From contig MU619317.1 of the NCBI GenBank assembly GCA_025201805.1, forward strand, positions 62,001 through 126,000: DNA of 64,000 bases, given 5' to 3'. Source of the stretch: Parasitella parasitica NRRL 2501 (lineage: Eukaryota > Fungi > Mucoromycota). The notes below the pieces were generated by a model that saw only the letters and a list, made by a program, of their open reading frames with translations, did not search any database and was not told the DNA's origin. Made by a program: the position numbers and the translations under genes. Positions 63,513 to 64,000 of the stretch are shown here, in pieces (positions within the stretch are counted from its first letter, which is position 1; the number at the start of each line of letters is the position of its first letter).

Positions 63513-64000
63513 GGCAATGGTTAGCTATGAATTCAACAAATTGCGAAATAGTAAGAAAAAGTTGAGAGTGGAAAGAAAGAGCAGTTAAAGCCATTTTAAA
63601 GTGTCAAGTTATGTAAATAATAGCAGCATTTCGTAGGGGGATCACATTCATCAAAGTTAATGCATTGACCATGCATGCATATAGCAAGCAATGTATATTA
63701 TGCGACATTTCCAAAATTTACCAAGTTGAGAGTGGAAGCATTGTTCACTTTTCCAGTGCCTCTTTGAACTAGCCGTTGTAGTCAAAGTAGATGTTTATTG
63801 CTGCAGATTTGACGACTTGTACAGTCTTTACTAGTTTGAGACTCATATAGTAGAATATCTAGCTCGGAATGGCCCCAAGAACTGCGTTGCAGTCAGTCAT
63901 TTCTCAAGTCTAATCATATCGTTTAGTTGAAGGCCAAGCGAAAGAAATCATATCCGACAACTGTCTTTATTAAACGCAAAAATATGATATATTTATTGAT

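Noticed and set aside
1-64000. tRNA, rRNA and U12-type (AT-AC) introns
   Set aside because: None recognised by eye, and the introns I reconstructed in well-supported genes were GT-AG. tRNAscan-SE and Infernal would be needed to exclude them formally.

Overview
Gene-dense, intron-rich eukaryotic DNA from an early-diverging fungus, most likely Mucorales. This is inferred from short (~55-70 nt) GT-AG introns, poly(A/T) tracts, a GH9 gene, a PPP1R21 homologue and Mucoromycota-type orphan families. About 23 spliced protein-coding genes can be reconstructed: a DH-domain RhoGEF (cut by the window edge), an RGS + AIF/AMID-like flavoprotein fusion, PRP31, PPP1R21/KLRAQ-like, UTP14, an Fcp1-like HAD phosphatase, a class 3 lipase, a large PPR protein, a divergent lineage-specific protein, pyrimidine 5'-nucleotidase, a GT-A-like type II membrane protein, IML2/TTC39, a DEP-RGS (FlbA/Sst2-like) protein, chitin synthase, an SmgGDS-like ARM protein, a secreted His/Asp-repeat protein, HAP2/NF-YA, TFIIS, a small multi-pass membrane protein, an RlpA/expansin-like protein, an m-AAA protease, an SDR and a membrane-anchored GH9 endoglucanase. 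There is also a decayed nuclease-like pseudogene in a 5.4 kb gene-free gap and one assembly gap. Two signals stand out. (1) An unannotated ~156 nt element at 14056-14211 has U1 snRNA-like architecture (Sm-like site + UAGUG + UUCG 3' stem-loop), and its 5' guide reads ACUUGC, complementary to GC rather than GU donors. (2) An RGS domain splices in frame to an FSP1/AIF-like NAD(P)H oxidoreductase, with a stop codon overlapping the donor of the linker intron. All assignments come from motif recognition by eye; no database searches were run.
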